Assembly (NCBI RefSeq): GCF_001194135.2
Contig: NC_069000.1
Span: forward strand, 23,740,738 to 23,804,737
DNA: 64,000 nt
Direction of reading: 5' to 3'
Source: Octopus bimaculoides
Taxonomy: Eukaryota
The first letter of the stretch is position 1; every line of letters begins with the position of its first letter. Shown one piece after another: positions 1 through 12,625 of this stretch. Made by a program: the position numbers and the translations under genes. Under the pieces are notes generated by a model. It saw only the letters and a list, made by a program, of their open reading frames with translations, did no database searches and was not told where the DNA came from.

Positions 1-93
1 ATACGTAAAAAGATTAATGTTACCTATACGGTCATCTTTATATGCTAGGCCACTGATATAATCATTTTTATGATTATATCTTTATCTTATAAG

Positions 94-129
<36 letters not shown>

Positions 130-146
130 GTGTGTGTGTGTGTGTG

Positions 147-186
<40 letters not shown>

Positions 187-189
<3 letters not shown>

Positions 190-655
190 CAGAAATAAGT
201 ACTGGAGTCTATATGATCGATAAGCAAACCCTTTCAAGGCAGAGCCGAAACCCACTGAGTGAAACCAGTAAGAAGACACATGTATCTCAATCTATCTGCT
301 AATTTCTTAGGCTTCTCCTTGTCTAGACTGGGATCTCAAGGTATTTTCCTTACATCAAACAGTTATTGGAGTGCAGTGTGGCAACTTGCAACTATTTTGC
401 TGCTCAGACTTCTAAAGACAGATTAGATGCATTCACAGAAAATGAAATGCTGAAGGGAGAGAAATGTGGAGGGAGAAGAGGGGAGAGAGAGGCATGCTGA
501 ATGACTGGCAGAGAAGGAAACAAGGAGAAGCCTAAGAAATTAGCAGATAGATTGAGATACACGTGTCTTCTTACTGGTTTCACTCAGTGGGTTTCGGCTC
601 TGCCTTGAAAGGGTTTGCTTATCGATCATATAGACTCCAGTACTTATTTCTGTTT
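187..655. repeat. Near-perfect long inverted repeat: 136-bp arms (187-322, 520-655) with a 197-bp spacer
   Basis: Manual alignment gives 135/136 identity; the one mismatch is CACATG vs CACGTG. Confidence 0.95.
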
Positions 656-944
656 GGGACATTTTATCGGTCTATTTGTCGAACCGCTAAGTAACGTGTT
701 ATATAAAGAGGCATCATAAACACAAACACACACACACACACACACACGCGCGCGCAGGCACGCACGCACACATACAAAACGTTATCAGTAAACTTACTTG
801 TGAAATTGAAACCAGGAGTTACGTGATCGCGAAAGCATTTATCTCCAAAGTGCAGACATATGTGTTTATACACATTTACATACAAATATGCACATATGAG
901 TAATACAGATATCTACATATATTGATGCAAATACACATAAATTT

Positions 945-1225
945 TTTACTCTTTTATTTGTCATTGAAACTGCGGCCATGCTGGAGTATCGCCTTGTAGG
1001 GTTAGTCGGATAAATCATCCCTAGTACTTGTTTTCATCGGCCTCTTTACCGAACCGTTAAGTTATGGGTCTCGTAGAAATCCAACACCGGTTGTGAAGCA
1101 ATGGGGCTGGGAACACACACACGACTTCTCATAATTTCCGTCTACCAAGTTCACTCCCAAAGTATTGATTGGTCAGGGCTATACTTAGAAGACACATACT
1201 CAAAGTGCATGCAGTGGGACAAATT
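945..1225 (-). mobile_element. tRNA-derived SINE family A, degenerate copy
   Basis: Matches the full copies at 9005-9335 and 34690-35050 (actgcggccatgctggag tail; ccaagttcactc...tagaagacac...agtgggac). Confidence 0.75.
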
Positions 1226-2574
1226 CATATGTATACGCGCGCGTATACACACATTCATACATACAAATACAATACACACGCACATATTTCCTACTTGTCA
1301 CTTTGTTAGTGATCGGCTTGAATTATAGAAAGGAAAAAGTAGCTAACAAAAAAATGCATACATGCGTACATATACACACATCCAGCATGTGCGGAAATGG
1401 AGTAAGAGAGGGAGAGAGAGAGAGAAAGAGAGGCAGAAATAGTAAGAGTCTCGTTGAAAAAATATATAGACTGGAGGAAAATCAACTAGACATCCTTTGG
1501 TCTTGTTCTTCATATATATATACATATATACATACATATATATACATATATATATATATATAATACATCTATTTTTCTCCACCACCTGTCTTCGTCTGTT
1601 GTTTTTTGTGAATTCTCCCTATATATATATATATATATATGAGGAACTTCAAAACAAAATATACGCCTTCAAGTCACCTCACCACCACCACCACCATCAC
1701 TTCTATCGTATCACGCACTCCTGTGACAGTCACTATCATCTCCATCGTTATCACCCCTCCAACATTCTCATCTCTACTCCTATCATCATCATTTCACACC
1801 ACTGTCAATAATACCATCCCTAAATAACAAGCATTCACTTCCACTATTGTTGTTTGGGGGCGCTGATAGAGACTAGTGGCTATGTCTAACCCTCTCCGTC
1901 TCTCTCTCTCCGTTTCTCTTTTCGTTTGTTTCTCTCTATCAACTCTTCGTGATAAGCTTCACTAAGCACAGCTATGCACTACAGTGACGCCCTCTAGGGA
2001 CAGAAATGGGTGGAGGAAAACGATGGAAGGGCGGAGGGAGAAAGGGTGTAGATGATAAAGGCAAGGTAGAAAACCCGAAGCAAAGTTATCTTCCCTTGAT
2101 TTCAGTTTCCACATTGTTCTCAGTTTTTTTGGGGAGGGATAGAGAGGACAGGGTTAACGGTGTTTTGTTGTTTTATTTATTTGTTTCCCTCGCATCCTCC
2201 GATATCCATCCATGCTGTTGATGTTATTAGTTTAGTATAAGTTAATTAGTGAAACAGCTTCGTCCCACTTTTCACTTTCAGCATGTTTTGTGCTGGGGTC
2301 TCATTCTTCTTACTACACACGTATAAATACATATTATCATTGTTGCTGTTCTTTGGAAACTATCTTTCTTATACCTTGAGGGCTTGGTCTGCGTTGCAAG
2401 CATCTCGTTTTCAACTACATACACTCACTCACATATACATATATTATAGACATTATCTACAACGATCCAACACCAAACGGACAAACAAGCAGCCAACGAG
2501 CAAGCGATACTTGACCCTCTTTACGCTGATCTAGGTAAGTACTTTCTTCCACTTTATGGACGTTGTTGATGATT

Positions 2575-2790
2575 TATTTTTGTTTAGCCCCGGTCACCCT
2601 GATCGAGTTGATTTTGATCGCCAAAGGCATTTCCACCACAACCATCCTGTCTTTATGATCTACCAGAGACTACATTGTCCAATGTGGTCCTTCCATTTTA
2701 AAATTGTAGGGGGTGTTTCGAAGGAGATTTGACTACTATTTCTAACAGATCGAGCCATGTCATAGTGGCTCCCTTGGTCGTTGATGACGT
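2575..2790 (+). repeat. Interspersed repeat family E (unclassified, about 200 bp)
   Basis: Shares gtttagcccc..ccctgatcgag..caaaggcatt..ccatcc.gtcttt and gatt....ggagatttg.ct.ctatttcta.cag with 49610-49850(-) and 50140-50330(+). Confidence 0.55.
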
Positions 2791-3191
2791 TGGCGTTGTT
2801 TGTACAATATAAATCCGTTTGTTAAAATACTCGTAAATTATCGGACGTATATGCTTTCTTAACCCCGCCACACACACACACCATTGTCGCTAACCGAAGA
2901 ATAAGAAAGGGATATATGTGTGTGTATACATATAGGGAGAGAGAGATTCCTATGTATGTGTGTGTGTTTGTATGTATGCATATGGAGAGAGAGAGCGAGA
3001 ACTAAACGAAGAAAGGGTAGTTGTGGTGGTAATAGAAAAAGTATCACAGAGAACAGAGGGAGAAAGTGTGCAATTCACTCTGTAGTGGACAATTTAGGCC
3101 ATTTGATTCAAGCGACCAACTCCACACTTTTCTCCGATTTCGGTTAATGATTTTTTTCCATATACACATAAACACAAAACATTTTGTATGC

Positions 3192-3363
<172 letters not shown>

Positions 3364-4090
3364 GAGAAAGAGAGATACAAACACATCAGTAGATAATTTC
3401 TTTCACGCACTAACACAATTTGACCTTTCGCAGTCTAGGGTATCCATTAATGAGTGACCAGCCTTGTTGAATTCAACGGGAGGGAAAACGGTAATTGTGA
3501 CATTCGTGTCTGTCACTAGGGATACAGTAAATAAAATAAAAACATCATTAACTGAGGCTCGAAACCGTGTCACAGAGTTTACCGAGAAGCTTATTCAGGA
3601 GATCGATAAATTTTCATGTTCGTATATTTATATATACATATAAACGCATATATATACATCAACACACAGGCTCACACATCTACTGATGTCTTTAAAACTT
3701 ATTCCTATATATACATTGAAAAATAGAAATATTTTGTCTCTATTTCAAATTACTAGAGAATGCTTAAAGTAAATTTTGTAGAGGCATGTCTGAAGATGTG
3801 TATATGCTGTGTGTACACATGCACTCACACGAACACATTATTTTATTAGTATCAGCCTTTGGTCCCCTATTAAGCTTGCACAGCTCCTTGAAGGGTTTAC
3901 TCTATCACGATGTCCCCGTACTATTTTATTGACGTCTATTTGACGAATGACTAAATTACAGGACACAGCACAACATCAATTTTTAGACCGGTATAAGTAC
4001 ATATATATATGTGTGTATGTGTGAGACGAACTTCTGCATAGTTTCTGTCTGCCGATTTCCACTTACAGATAATTAGTCAAAGGGAGTCTT

Positions 4091-5125
4091 GGGGCGGAGG
4101 TAAAGGACATGGACCGCACCCCCTTTCGGTTTATTTGGGGTGGGGTCTACAGAAACCCACCTTTTCGACTGCGGAGATTCCGAATCTGCAAAAAAAAATC
4201 GGCATTNNNNNNNNNNNNNNNNNNNNNNNNNNNNNNNNNNNNNNNNNNNNNNNNNNNNNNNNNNNNNNNNNNNNNNNNNNNNNNNNNNNNNNNNNNNNNN
4301 NNNNNNNNNNNNNNNNNNNNNNNNNNNNNNNNNNNNNNNNNNNNNNNNNNNNNNNNNNNNNNNNNNNNNNNNNNNNNNNNNNNNNNNNNNNNNNNNNNNN
4401 NNNNNNNNNNNNNNNNNNNNNNNNNNNNNNNNNNNNNNNNNNNNNNNNNNNNNNNNNNNNNNNNNNNNNNNNNNNNNNNNNNNNNNNNNNNNNNNNNNNN
4501 NNNNNNNNNNNNNNNNNNNNNNNNNNNNNNNNNNNNNNNNNNNNNNNNNNNNNNNNNNNNNNNNNNNNNNNNNNNNNNNNNNNNNNNNNNNNNNNNNNNN
4601 NNNNNNNNNNNNNNNNNNNNNNNNNNNNNNNNNNNNNNNNNNNNNNNNNNNNNNNNNNNNNNNNNNNNNNNNNNNNNNNNNNNNNNNNNNNNNNNNNNNN
4701 NNNNNNNNNNNNNNNNNNNNNNNNNNNNNNNNNNNNNNNNNNNNNNNNNNNNNNNNNNNNNNNNNNNNNNNNNNNNNNNNNNNNNNNNNNNNNNNNNNNN
4801 NNNNNNNNNNNNNNNNNNNNNNNNNNNNNNNNNNNNNNNNNNNNNNNNNNNNNNNNNNNNNNNNNNNNNNNTTTTTTTTTTTTTTTTGAAAAATAGAAAT
4901 TTTACAAAAATTTTTTTTCAGAATCAAAATCTCCATATTTTTCTACATATTTTGCCAAAAAAATTCTAAAAATGTGAAAAACTGGGGCGGGGAATTAAAA
5001 GTTTGAAATGCAGATAATTTTTTTTCTGCAGATTCGAAATCTCTGCAGTCAAAAAGGTGGGTTTCTGTAGAAAATAACCAAAAAACAACCAAAAGGGGGA
5101 GCAGTCTATGTCCTTTACCTCTGCC
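4091..5125. mobile_element. Fold-back / long-TIR element, copy 1, centre in gap
   Basis: Left arm GGCGGAGGTAAAGGACATGGACCGC...CTACAGAAACCCACCTTTTCGACTGCGGAGATTCCGAATCTGC is the reverse complement of the right arm ending at 5125. Second copy at 30804-31556. Confidence 0.85.
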
Positions 5126-5134
5126 ATCTGAGGA

Positions 5135-5798
5135 ACCCCCTAAAGGTTGGTGAGCAATTACAGGGGGTCGAATGGGGGTCGGCAAGCAAAAAACCAGCTT
5201 ACCCAGATGAACTGCTTGAAATACTTAGCACCATGAAACATGGGAAAACATGATAAATTTTCACTGCAGTGAGAAGTCTGTTGCTAACGGTCGAAGCCTG
5301 ATGTAATCGAAGATTGAGAGATGTGATTGAGGAGACTGTCAAGTGTTTGCTTATAGAAATTGCCTGAACCTGGAGGAACAAGGTAATTTGAGACTGAAAT
5401 TAACTAACATTAATTAAGCCTGATATCAATGCCTTGATTCAGGATCACCCATGCTCATCCCTCACATTGATGCTGTCGATTTCAGTAAAAGATATTCCAG
5501 CAATATGAAGTGTTTTTCACATTTTGTAACCGTGAAAACAATTTCGTAAAAATTGAAAGTTTAATACTGTATACTCGTACACGTAGTTTTAAATGTAAAA
5601 AGTGAGTCATTTTCAATAGAATTTCTTAATTTGTAGTACATGCATATTTTAGCTAACATTTTGGTTGCCAGCATCAGTACCTGGTACACATTTAAGATAT
5701 GGTACAGTAGGGTAAAGTATTTTAAAAATGAGGAGGGTGGTCGATGCAGAAGAAGTGGCTAAAGGGGGTCAATGGTCAAAAAAGTTTGGTGAACCCTG
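5135..5798 (+). mobile_element. hAT (Buster/Charlie-type) remnant: transposase C-terminus and right end
   Basis: About 5355-5468 translates, with frameshift, as YRNCLNLEEQGNLRLKLTNI..PDINALIQDH.AHPSH*, the usual Buster/Charlie C-terminus. Right end GGGGTC..AAAAGTTTGGTGAACCCTG followed by GTCTATCT (nnnTAnnn target). Confidence 0.7.
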
Positions 5799-7699
5799 GT
5801 CTATCTGAAGCTAGTAGAAAACACATGCCCATTGCAAAGTGAATGTCTTAACCAGATACCCATGCCTTGTGTGTGTTTGTGTACATACACATTAAAGGCA
5901 AAATGTTCTGATCTGGATAAAATAAAGTTCAATTGGATGCAGTATAAGTTATACCAATAGCCGGACCCACATTATTTTGGATAAGCAACTTCAGAAGTAA
6001 TTGAAGAGCAATTTTACCTTGAAATTATAAAACCAGAGAATGTTTGGAGATTGATTTGTAAAGACCCATCGAGGGCTTTTATTCTCAAACATTGTTGTCA
6101 GGACTAAAGGTTCTATCATCATACCTCATTTGTTCATTTTATTTCTATAGATAGTGTCAAAATGATTCATTGTTGGATGCTTATAATTCTTTAGCATGTT
6201 TTAGCCATCATGTGTAAGGCCATACTAGAGCACCACCTAATAGGATGTTTTTGTATTGGTGATCTAGTTTTAATGACTACTCTGTGAATTGCAAAAAATT
6301 GAAGCCAAGAAAATATAGTGATCAGGACCAAAGTATTTATTAGTAGTAGGGGCCCCAAAAAGTTTTAAATGCAGAAAAGTTTTGTGTGTGGTACAGTAAA
6401 GGAAGTAGATATAGCTGTGAGGTAAAGAAGCTTGCATCACATGGTGTTAAGTTTGAACTGACAGCACCCTACCTTGGACAGATCCTCATCTGTGTGTATG
6501 TTTATTGGTGGAAAATATACACATTCACTAGAAATTTCCAGTAAATCCATATATTGTACTAAAATATGTTGTAGTGTTTATTTTAGCAAGTTGCACAGAC
6601 ACTCCCTTGTCACTTATGCCATTGGAGATATGATGAACTAGCAATTATCCTGTTTGCAACCTATAACCAATGACATTATAGTACAAAAATGCATGATGTA
6701 TTGGGTTGCCTGATAAATTATTTCTTTTTTGTTTCTTTTTCTACTTGGCACTCCATCATCATATGTCTGAAAGAGATAAAATTTATTCAAATTTTTAAAG
6801 CAATTAACAAAAGTTGTAGAAGAAGAATAGAGCTGCACACACACACACACAAAAAGAAAATCATAAAACACTATGATAAAAATATCTTTTATGTTAGTAC
6901 CAAAGGATTAAAATAAATGGGGCAAAAAAATTAATGAATTTATCTGATAAACCAATAAAATAAAAATGAAAAGAACAATGATATGTACAAGACTGAATGG
7001 GGAATCACAAACTCTGGCTGCAATACCTTCCATGAAAGAGTTAGCAACATATGTAACTATGAAATGAAAGTTATGGATTATTCAGACAATTCACTAGAAG
7101 GATCTAAACAAGTCCTCTTATCTAGGTAACTTAATCAGGAGATGGTTGAAGTGTCAAAATTGTTTTAGAGTTACAGTGGAATGAAAAAGTATGGTAAATT
7201 GTTAGACACATGAGCATCAAGTGTGATGGTAGATGAAAGCAAGGGAGTGAATTTAGAGAATTTACTATATCTGGAGAGTTATGAATAAGTAATAGAGCAA
7301 TGGAAGGGGAAATAGGTGAAGTACTTGACAAATGTCTTGTAGAGTTTAGTTATGTCTATGTGTATTTAATAATTTCAGTTTGGGATCAACTTTGCCATCC
7401 GTTATTCTTAAGTCAACAACACAGACACCAATCAAATACTGTAGTTAAATTGACTATTTCCTTCACCAAAATGCATTGTCTTAAGCCACTTAAAAATTAG
7501 TATTATTGCAGATGGGTGGGATTTCTCAATTTGCTGTGTCACACACACATGATGATGACCAATTATCTACATCAGGTTCAATAAATATACTAGTTTGGAC
7601 ACATTTCATAGCCCCAAGTTAATTCTAAGCAGACCTATGGCACATAGGTAGTCTGTTGTTGGTTACCTAACCAACTCATAAACCATTCCTCCACCTAAA

Positions 7700-7790
7700 T
7701 AAATGCCATACTAGTGATGGTAGAAGCAAGCGATGTAGCTTCATTTAAGAGACAACAGCTGGATTTAGATATGTATTGTGAACAGATGAT
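7700..7790 (+). mobile_element. CR1-like LINE C-terminal remnant
   Basis: Translates ..NAILVMVEASDVASFKRQLDLDMY, resembling the CR1 N.LP..VVEA....FK..LD motif. Confidence 0.4.
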
Positions 7791-8154
7791 GTATTATGAA
7801 TGAAGTGATATCAGGAGTTACAAAATGGAAGGAACCAATAATAGAGCCAGACTAAATACTATCTGAAGGAAAAGCAGTGAGGATAGACAAGGGATACAGA
7901 AGAGATTACCAAATGCCATCCTGGTAAAATTAATAAGATAATAGTTGTGTATATGCATATATATATTTATGAACACAGATGGAGCCAAGTGGTTATAAAG
8001 TTTGCTTTGCAACCATTAGTTCTCAGGTTCCATTCAGTTACATGACATCCTGAACAAATATCTTAAGCTATAACTTCAGGTTGATCCAAGCCTTGTGGGT
8101 GAACTGTGTAGAAAGATACATTTTGGAAGACCGTTCCTATGGACCATAATGTAT

Positions 8155-8320
8155 AATTTAAAGGCCCAGCCTTGTCACATGCTGTGTCATGCTGATTCTA
8201 TTGGTGAATAATGTTCAGGGTACATACACAAGCCTGAGGAATATTCAACCACTTACATTCATTGAGTAAGTAGTTTAGTTGAATAATTAACTAGAATAGT
8301 CATCATCAAAACCAACAGAT
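8155..8320 (+). mobile_element. SINE family C, 3' part, degenerate
   Basis: ggcccagccttgtcaca..tgtgtcatgctga..cagggtaca..caaccactt is the reverse complement of 59630-59790. Confidence 0.5.
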
Positions 8321-8369
8321 ATACATTTATGTGTTATACATACACACTGCACCTAATATTGAGGCTAGT

Positions 8370-8700
8370 AAACTTGTATTATGCCTATTGTCTTCTATGG
8401 GCAGAAACTTGGACATAGCATTGGAGAAGAACATAGAAGCCTTTGGGATCTGGATCTCTTGCACATTGGGCAGCTGGAAAGGCAGAGTAGCAAAGGCTGC
8501 AGTACTAGGAAAGCTGAAAGTCGAAAGATACCTCTTGTCCAGACAGCTGTTGTATTTTGGACATGCAATGCACCACAAATCACTGCTTAAGAAGATTCTA
8601 TCAGGATTTGTGGAGAGGAATAGAGTAAGAGGCTGTCAAAGACGTTTGTGGACTGATGACAACAAAGAATGGATTTGACCTGGAGAGCTTTAGCAAGCCA
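8370..8700 (+). mobile_element. RTE LINE C-terminal fragment (second, older RTE family)
   Basis: KNIEAFGIW...KAAVL...RQLLYFGHAMH..SLLKKILSGFVERNRVRGCQRRLWTDDNKEW matches the RTE pattern IEAFE.W..YFGH..R...I..G...G.R.RGR.R..W.D...EW. Confidence 0.7.
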
Positions 8701-8732
8701 ACCCTTGAACACAGGGAATGGCCTGGTTAGTG

Positions 8733-8777
<45 letters not shown>

Positions 8778-9004
8778 TATATGCACACATGCAAACTGAC
8801 ACATGACTACTTGTGAAAATTTCAAAGTAGATCTCTCCTGATATATGACAACAGACCACAATGAAAGAAACTACTAATAGACATTCCATCACTTTTTGAT
8901 AGTCCCTTACAGTTGGCGTCAGGGATAATCGAACGGTACCGTGATCTGGGAAAGTAATCCTTGTTTATCACACACACATTTGATATGTATACTTATATTC
9001 TGTT

Positions 9005-9335
9005 ACGTGTTTCAGTCATTTGACTGCGGCCATGTGGAGCATCATCTTTAGTCGAGAAAATCGACCCCAGGGCGTATTCTTTGTAAGTTTAGTATTTATT
9101 CTATCGGCCTCTTATGGCGAACCTCTAGGTTACGGAAGCATAAACACATCAACATCGGTTGTCAAGCGATACGACGGGCTTCTTTCAGTTTCCATCGACC
9201 AAATCCACTCATAAGGCTTTGGCCAACCCGAGGATACTGTAGAAGGCACTTGCCCAAGGGGCCACGCAGTGGGACTGAACCCGGAACTATGTAGTTGGGA
9301 AGCAAGCTTCTTATCACACAGCCACTCCTGCGCCC
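9005..9335 (-). mobile_element. tRNA-derived SINE family A, near full length
   Basis: On the minus strand: head GAGTGGCTGTGTGATAAG (A box) and GGTTCAGTCCC (B box), CCTTGGGCAAGT (CORE-like), tail CATGGCCGCAGTCAAATGACTGAAAC. Confidence 0.9.
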
Positions 9336-10689
9336 ATGTATACAATGGTTAGTAAAAGAAACGCTTGGTGGCTGAAACGATACTACACCAGAAAACTGGG
9401 TGATAAGAACGGAATTTGCATTCTGGTATTAGCGCTTACGACTAAACAATTTACAAGTTGCAATTGTACTACAAATGCCAAAGGGTAGTAATAAATCACT
9501 GCTGTAAAACTAAGTGTCACTGTGATCTTCAACAAGGTGTACTGCAGGTATAGGCTGAATGTTTTTGATTTCTGATTGACTTGCTCTGTGATCTAATGCA
9601 CTCGAAGTCGGGCTAAACAAGAACTGTGCCTACTCGAATAAAAAAAATTGTTGTACATACATACATACACACACACTTAAAGGATTCTTTCATCACTACT
9701 TTTGCTACTAGGGTAAAGTATTTGCTTAGATGAGATGGTCAACAAAAACAAATATAGAGTTGTCTCCCGTATTTATTGGTATCAAAATATTAGTTATTAA
9801 GTTTACACAAGTATTTTTAATTAGCTTAGAAATATTTCATGCAGATGAAATCTCGGAGTGATTTATTCCCTATTATATTTAGATTTTTAAAGTACCATTC
9901 TCTCAAGCATATTGCAGTGTGTGTGCTTACACACACACACACATGAGAAGTTTTACATGTACGCACATCCACAGACGACTTTCTAGAAGTATAAAAAAAT
10001 ATAAACAAACGATGTGTTGGATTGTTTTTTATTCATATGGTTGGCCAGCGACAATATATCTTTATATTCCTACACATTATTTTCATGCATATTGATATGT
10101 ATGTTTTCGTACACACACACACACACTTTCTCTCCCCCTCTCTCTCTATCCCCCTCTCTCTCAACCTCTTACATCACTAATAGAATACGTGAACATCTCT
10201 ACATCTTCGGATGCGTGTTTGTGCATACGTATGTGTATATCTTTGTGCAAAACTGTTTATATGAAAGTGTGTTTGCACGGCAGTGAACGAGAGCGCTAAC
10301 ATTTACTGGTGAATCTAGCATGTGTATCCTCCAGGCAAGACACAACATTCTACTTGCTTGAAGCCATGCACCTAATTAATGCATTCTATAGTCTCGATGT
10401 CGTGTCTCACCCATCAACTTGCCGAAGGCTACCTGCTTAATTAACAAATTGTTATTTGTCGAGTTAACTCCCTTAGGCAAGCTAACTGCTTGCCTCTAAG
10501 GTTTCCTGTCTAGTGGACGACGACAATAAGGAATCGTGGTGTTATTTATACTCTTGTACTTTTTGTGTTCAACACACACTTGGTGATTTTACGAACCGTA
10601 TGAAGTTCTAACTTTAAATCACTGTGTCTGTCTACAAAAGTGTATGCATGTGTGCATATTTTGTTTTTATGCATATCTTTTTTTATGAT

Positions 10690-10830
10690 GTTACTTGTTT
10701 CAGTCATTAGACTGCGGTCATGCAGACTAAAGACTGAAGAATTTTAGTCAAACAAATTGACTCCAGTACTCATTCTATCGAAACGAACACAGCTTGTCAA
10801 GCAGTGATGGGAGACAAACAAAGACACACG
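10690..10830 (-). mobile_element. SINE family A, 3' tail fragment
   Basis: ttgtttcagtcattagactgcggtcatgc...gtcaagcagtgatgggagacaaac. Confidence 0.7.
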
Positions 10831-11602
10831 CATACACATAGATATAGATATGTATTTGTGTGGCTACATGTAATATATATATAGCCACACACGTTTTTGT
10901 ATTTCGCATGTAACCAATGGTGTGTGTGTATCTACGCACACATTTATTGTGTGTATACCGAGAGTGCGTGCGAGAGAGGCAGAGATGACGGTATATTCTC
11001 AAAATCGATTCTGACGCACATAACAGTTTATGTAATAGAGAGAGGGAACATGTGTGCAACATTACAATGGTGCGATTCCTAAGGTATGGAATTCCAAAAT
11101 CGGATCTTTTCTGTTACTGTCACAGATTTTGAAATTTTAAAATTAAGAGAAAATTTTAAAATTCGGTTTACTGATGTGATTTTTCACACCGAATTCGATT
11201 TTGTGATTGATTTATTCCATAAAAATTTTTAGAAAAATACAACAGAAGTATAAAGTTTTATAATTTTTACCCAATCAGAAAGCAATATTTGCAAGTTAGT
11301 ATTTTCTACGTGATAGCTAATTATCACAAAACATTACGACGACGGAAGTTTTTATAGGTTTTAATGAATTAGGTCATGGGAAACGGTCGAATGGACATGT
11401 AAATAATTTTAAAAGGAAAAAAACCTCGATTTTCTTTTCTTTTAAATAAAAAAAATCTACATTCGGGTTAGGAAAAAACACGTGGTTCAGACAGCAGACT
11501 ACAGCTTTGCTTCTTATTATAGGAACAAGTACCAATGTGTCTATGGCTTTCAATTGGCTAAAATTGCCCAACATTTGCAAACATATACTTATATATATTT
11601 AT

Positions 11603-11787
11603 ACATGACTAGGTACTGCAATAGCTTAGGGTTCAAAGGCCCACAACTCTTCAATGCCCTGCCACAAAAATTAAGAAACCTACAAAAGGTGGATGTAGAT
11701 GTCTTCAAAAAGGAATTAGACATTCTCCTCTCCACTATATCAGATGAACCAACAGCCCGGCATAAGGTACAGACGAGGGTAGCAGAG

Positions 11788-11790
<3 letters not shown>
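11603..11790 (+). mobile_element. CR1-group LINE C-terminal fragment, same family as 61230-63975
   Basis: TRYCNSLGFKGPQLFNALPQKLRNLQKVDVDVFKKELD..IS DEPT aligns with TNYCNNLGFRGPQSFNLLPKSLRDLHKVDVGVFKSKLD..IPDELT at about 63690-63840. Confidence 0.85.
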
Positions 11791-11827
<37 letters not shown>

Positions 11828-11834
11828 TTGGAAT

Positions 11835-12625
11835 TTACAAAAAAACAAAAGACAAATACAGGTGTATAAACAACGAACAGGTGTATTAGTTTAATGCTTC
11901 GGAAGGTGAGAAAGTCTTTTACGTTTTGATCCTATGCTCTTTCAACAGAAAGGACCAGAAGAAAATAAACAGAGAGAATTAAAAAAAGCTTTAGTGGCTA
12001 GTGGTTCAATCATGGCGGATGACTGGACAGAGGTGGTTAGACAGGAGAGCTAGGAAGAAGGGGAGATAATAGAGTAGTGGTGATCCTAAAACGAAGATGC
12101 GCATGCATGTGTATGTGAGAGTGTGGATTGGGGCTGGTGACCTTGACGTATGAATGTCTGCGGATGATGTGGGTGCTGGGAAGTGGTCAATGCTAGTGTG
12201 TGCAGGGTGGTGTGGTGGTGAGGGGGTAAGGGTAGAGTAGCGTGATTGAGATATGTAGGGGTGGGGTGTGGATGGAAGAGGTAATGATGAAGGGAGAAGG
12301 AGGGTAGGAGTGGAGAGATGGGGAGTTGAGCCCATGTGGCGCAAAGGAGTGAAGAAAAAAGATTAGTTCCTGTTCATGGCAAAGGTGGGCCCAGATGGCC
12401 CCCTGTGCAAAGACAATCCAAACACAGACAGGTGTTGTAATGAATGACCAGTAGAGCGGAAATGGTGTGAGACTGGGGTGTTGTTGCTGAGTCTAATATC
12501 TCGGAGGTGTTCCGCAAACTGGTCAGCCAAGCAGCATCCTGTTTGACCAATGTACAGAGAAGGACAGAAAGAGCAGGAGATGCAGTAAATGACGTTGCTA
12601 GAAGTGCATGTGAATATATATATAT
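11835..12625 (-). mobile_element. Penelope-like element 3' part: GIY-YIG endonuclease remnant and tail
   Basis: FTCTSSNVIYCISCSFCPSLYIGQTGCCLADQFAEHLRDIR..TPVSHHF is a PLE GIY-YIG with CCHH. Followed by a CT-rich stretch and a pLTR-like tail. Confidence 0.85.

Noticed and set aside
4073-4969. Long ORFs containing X runs (also at 15.4-16.4, 28.4-29.7, 30.8-31.6 and 32.4-33.3 kb)
   Set aside because: They are open only because they cross N gaps.
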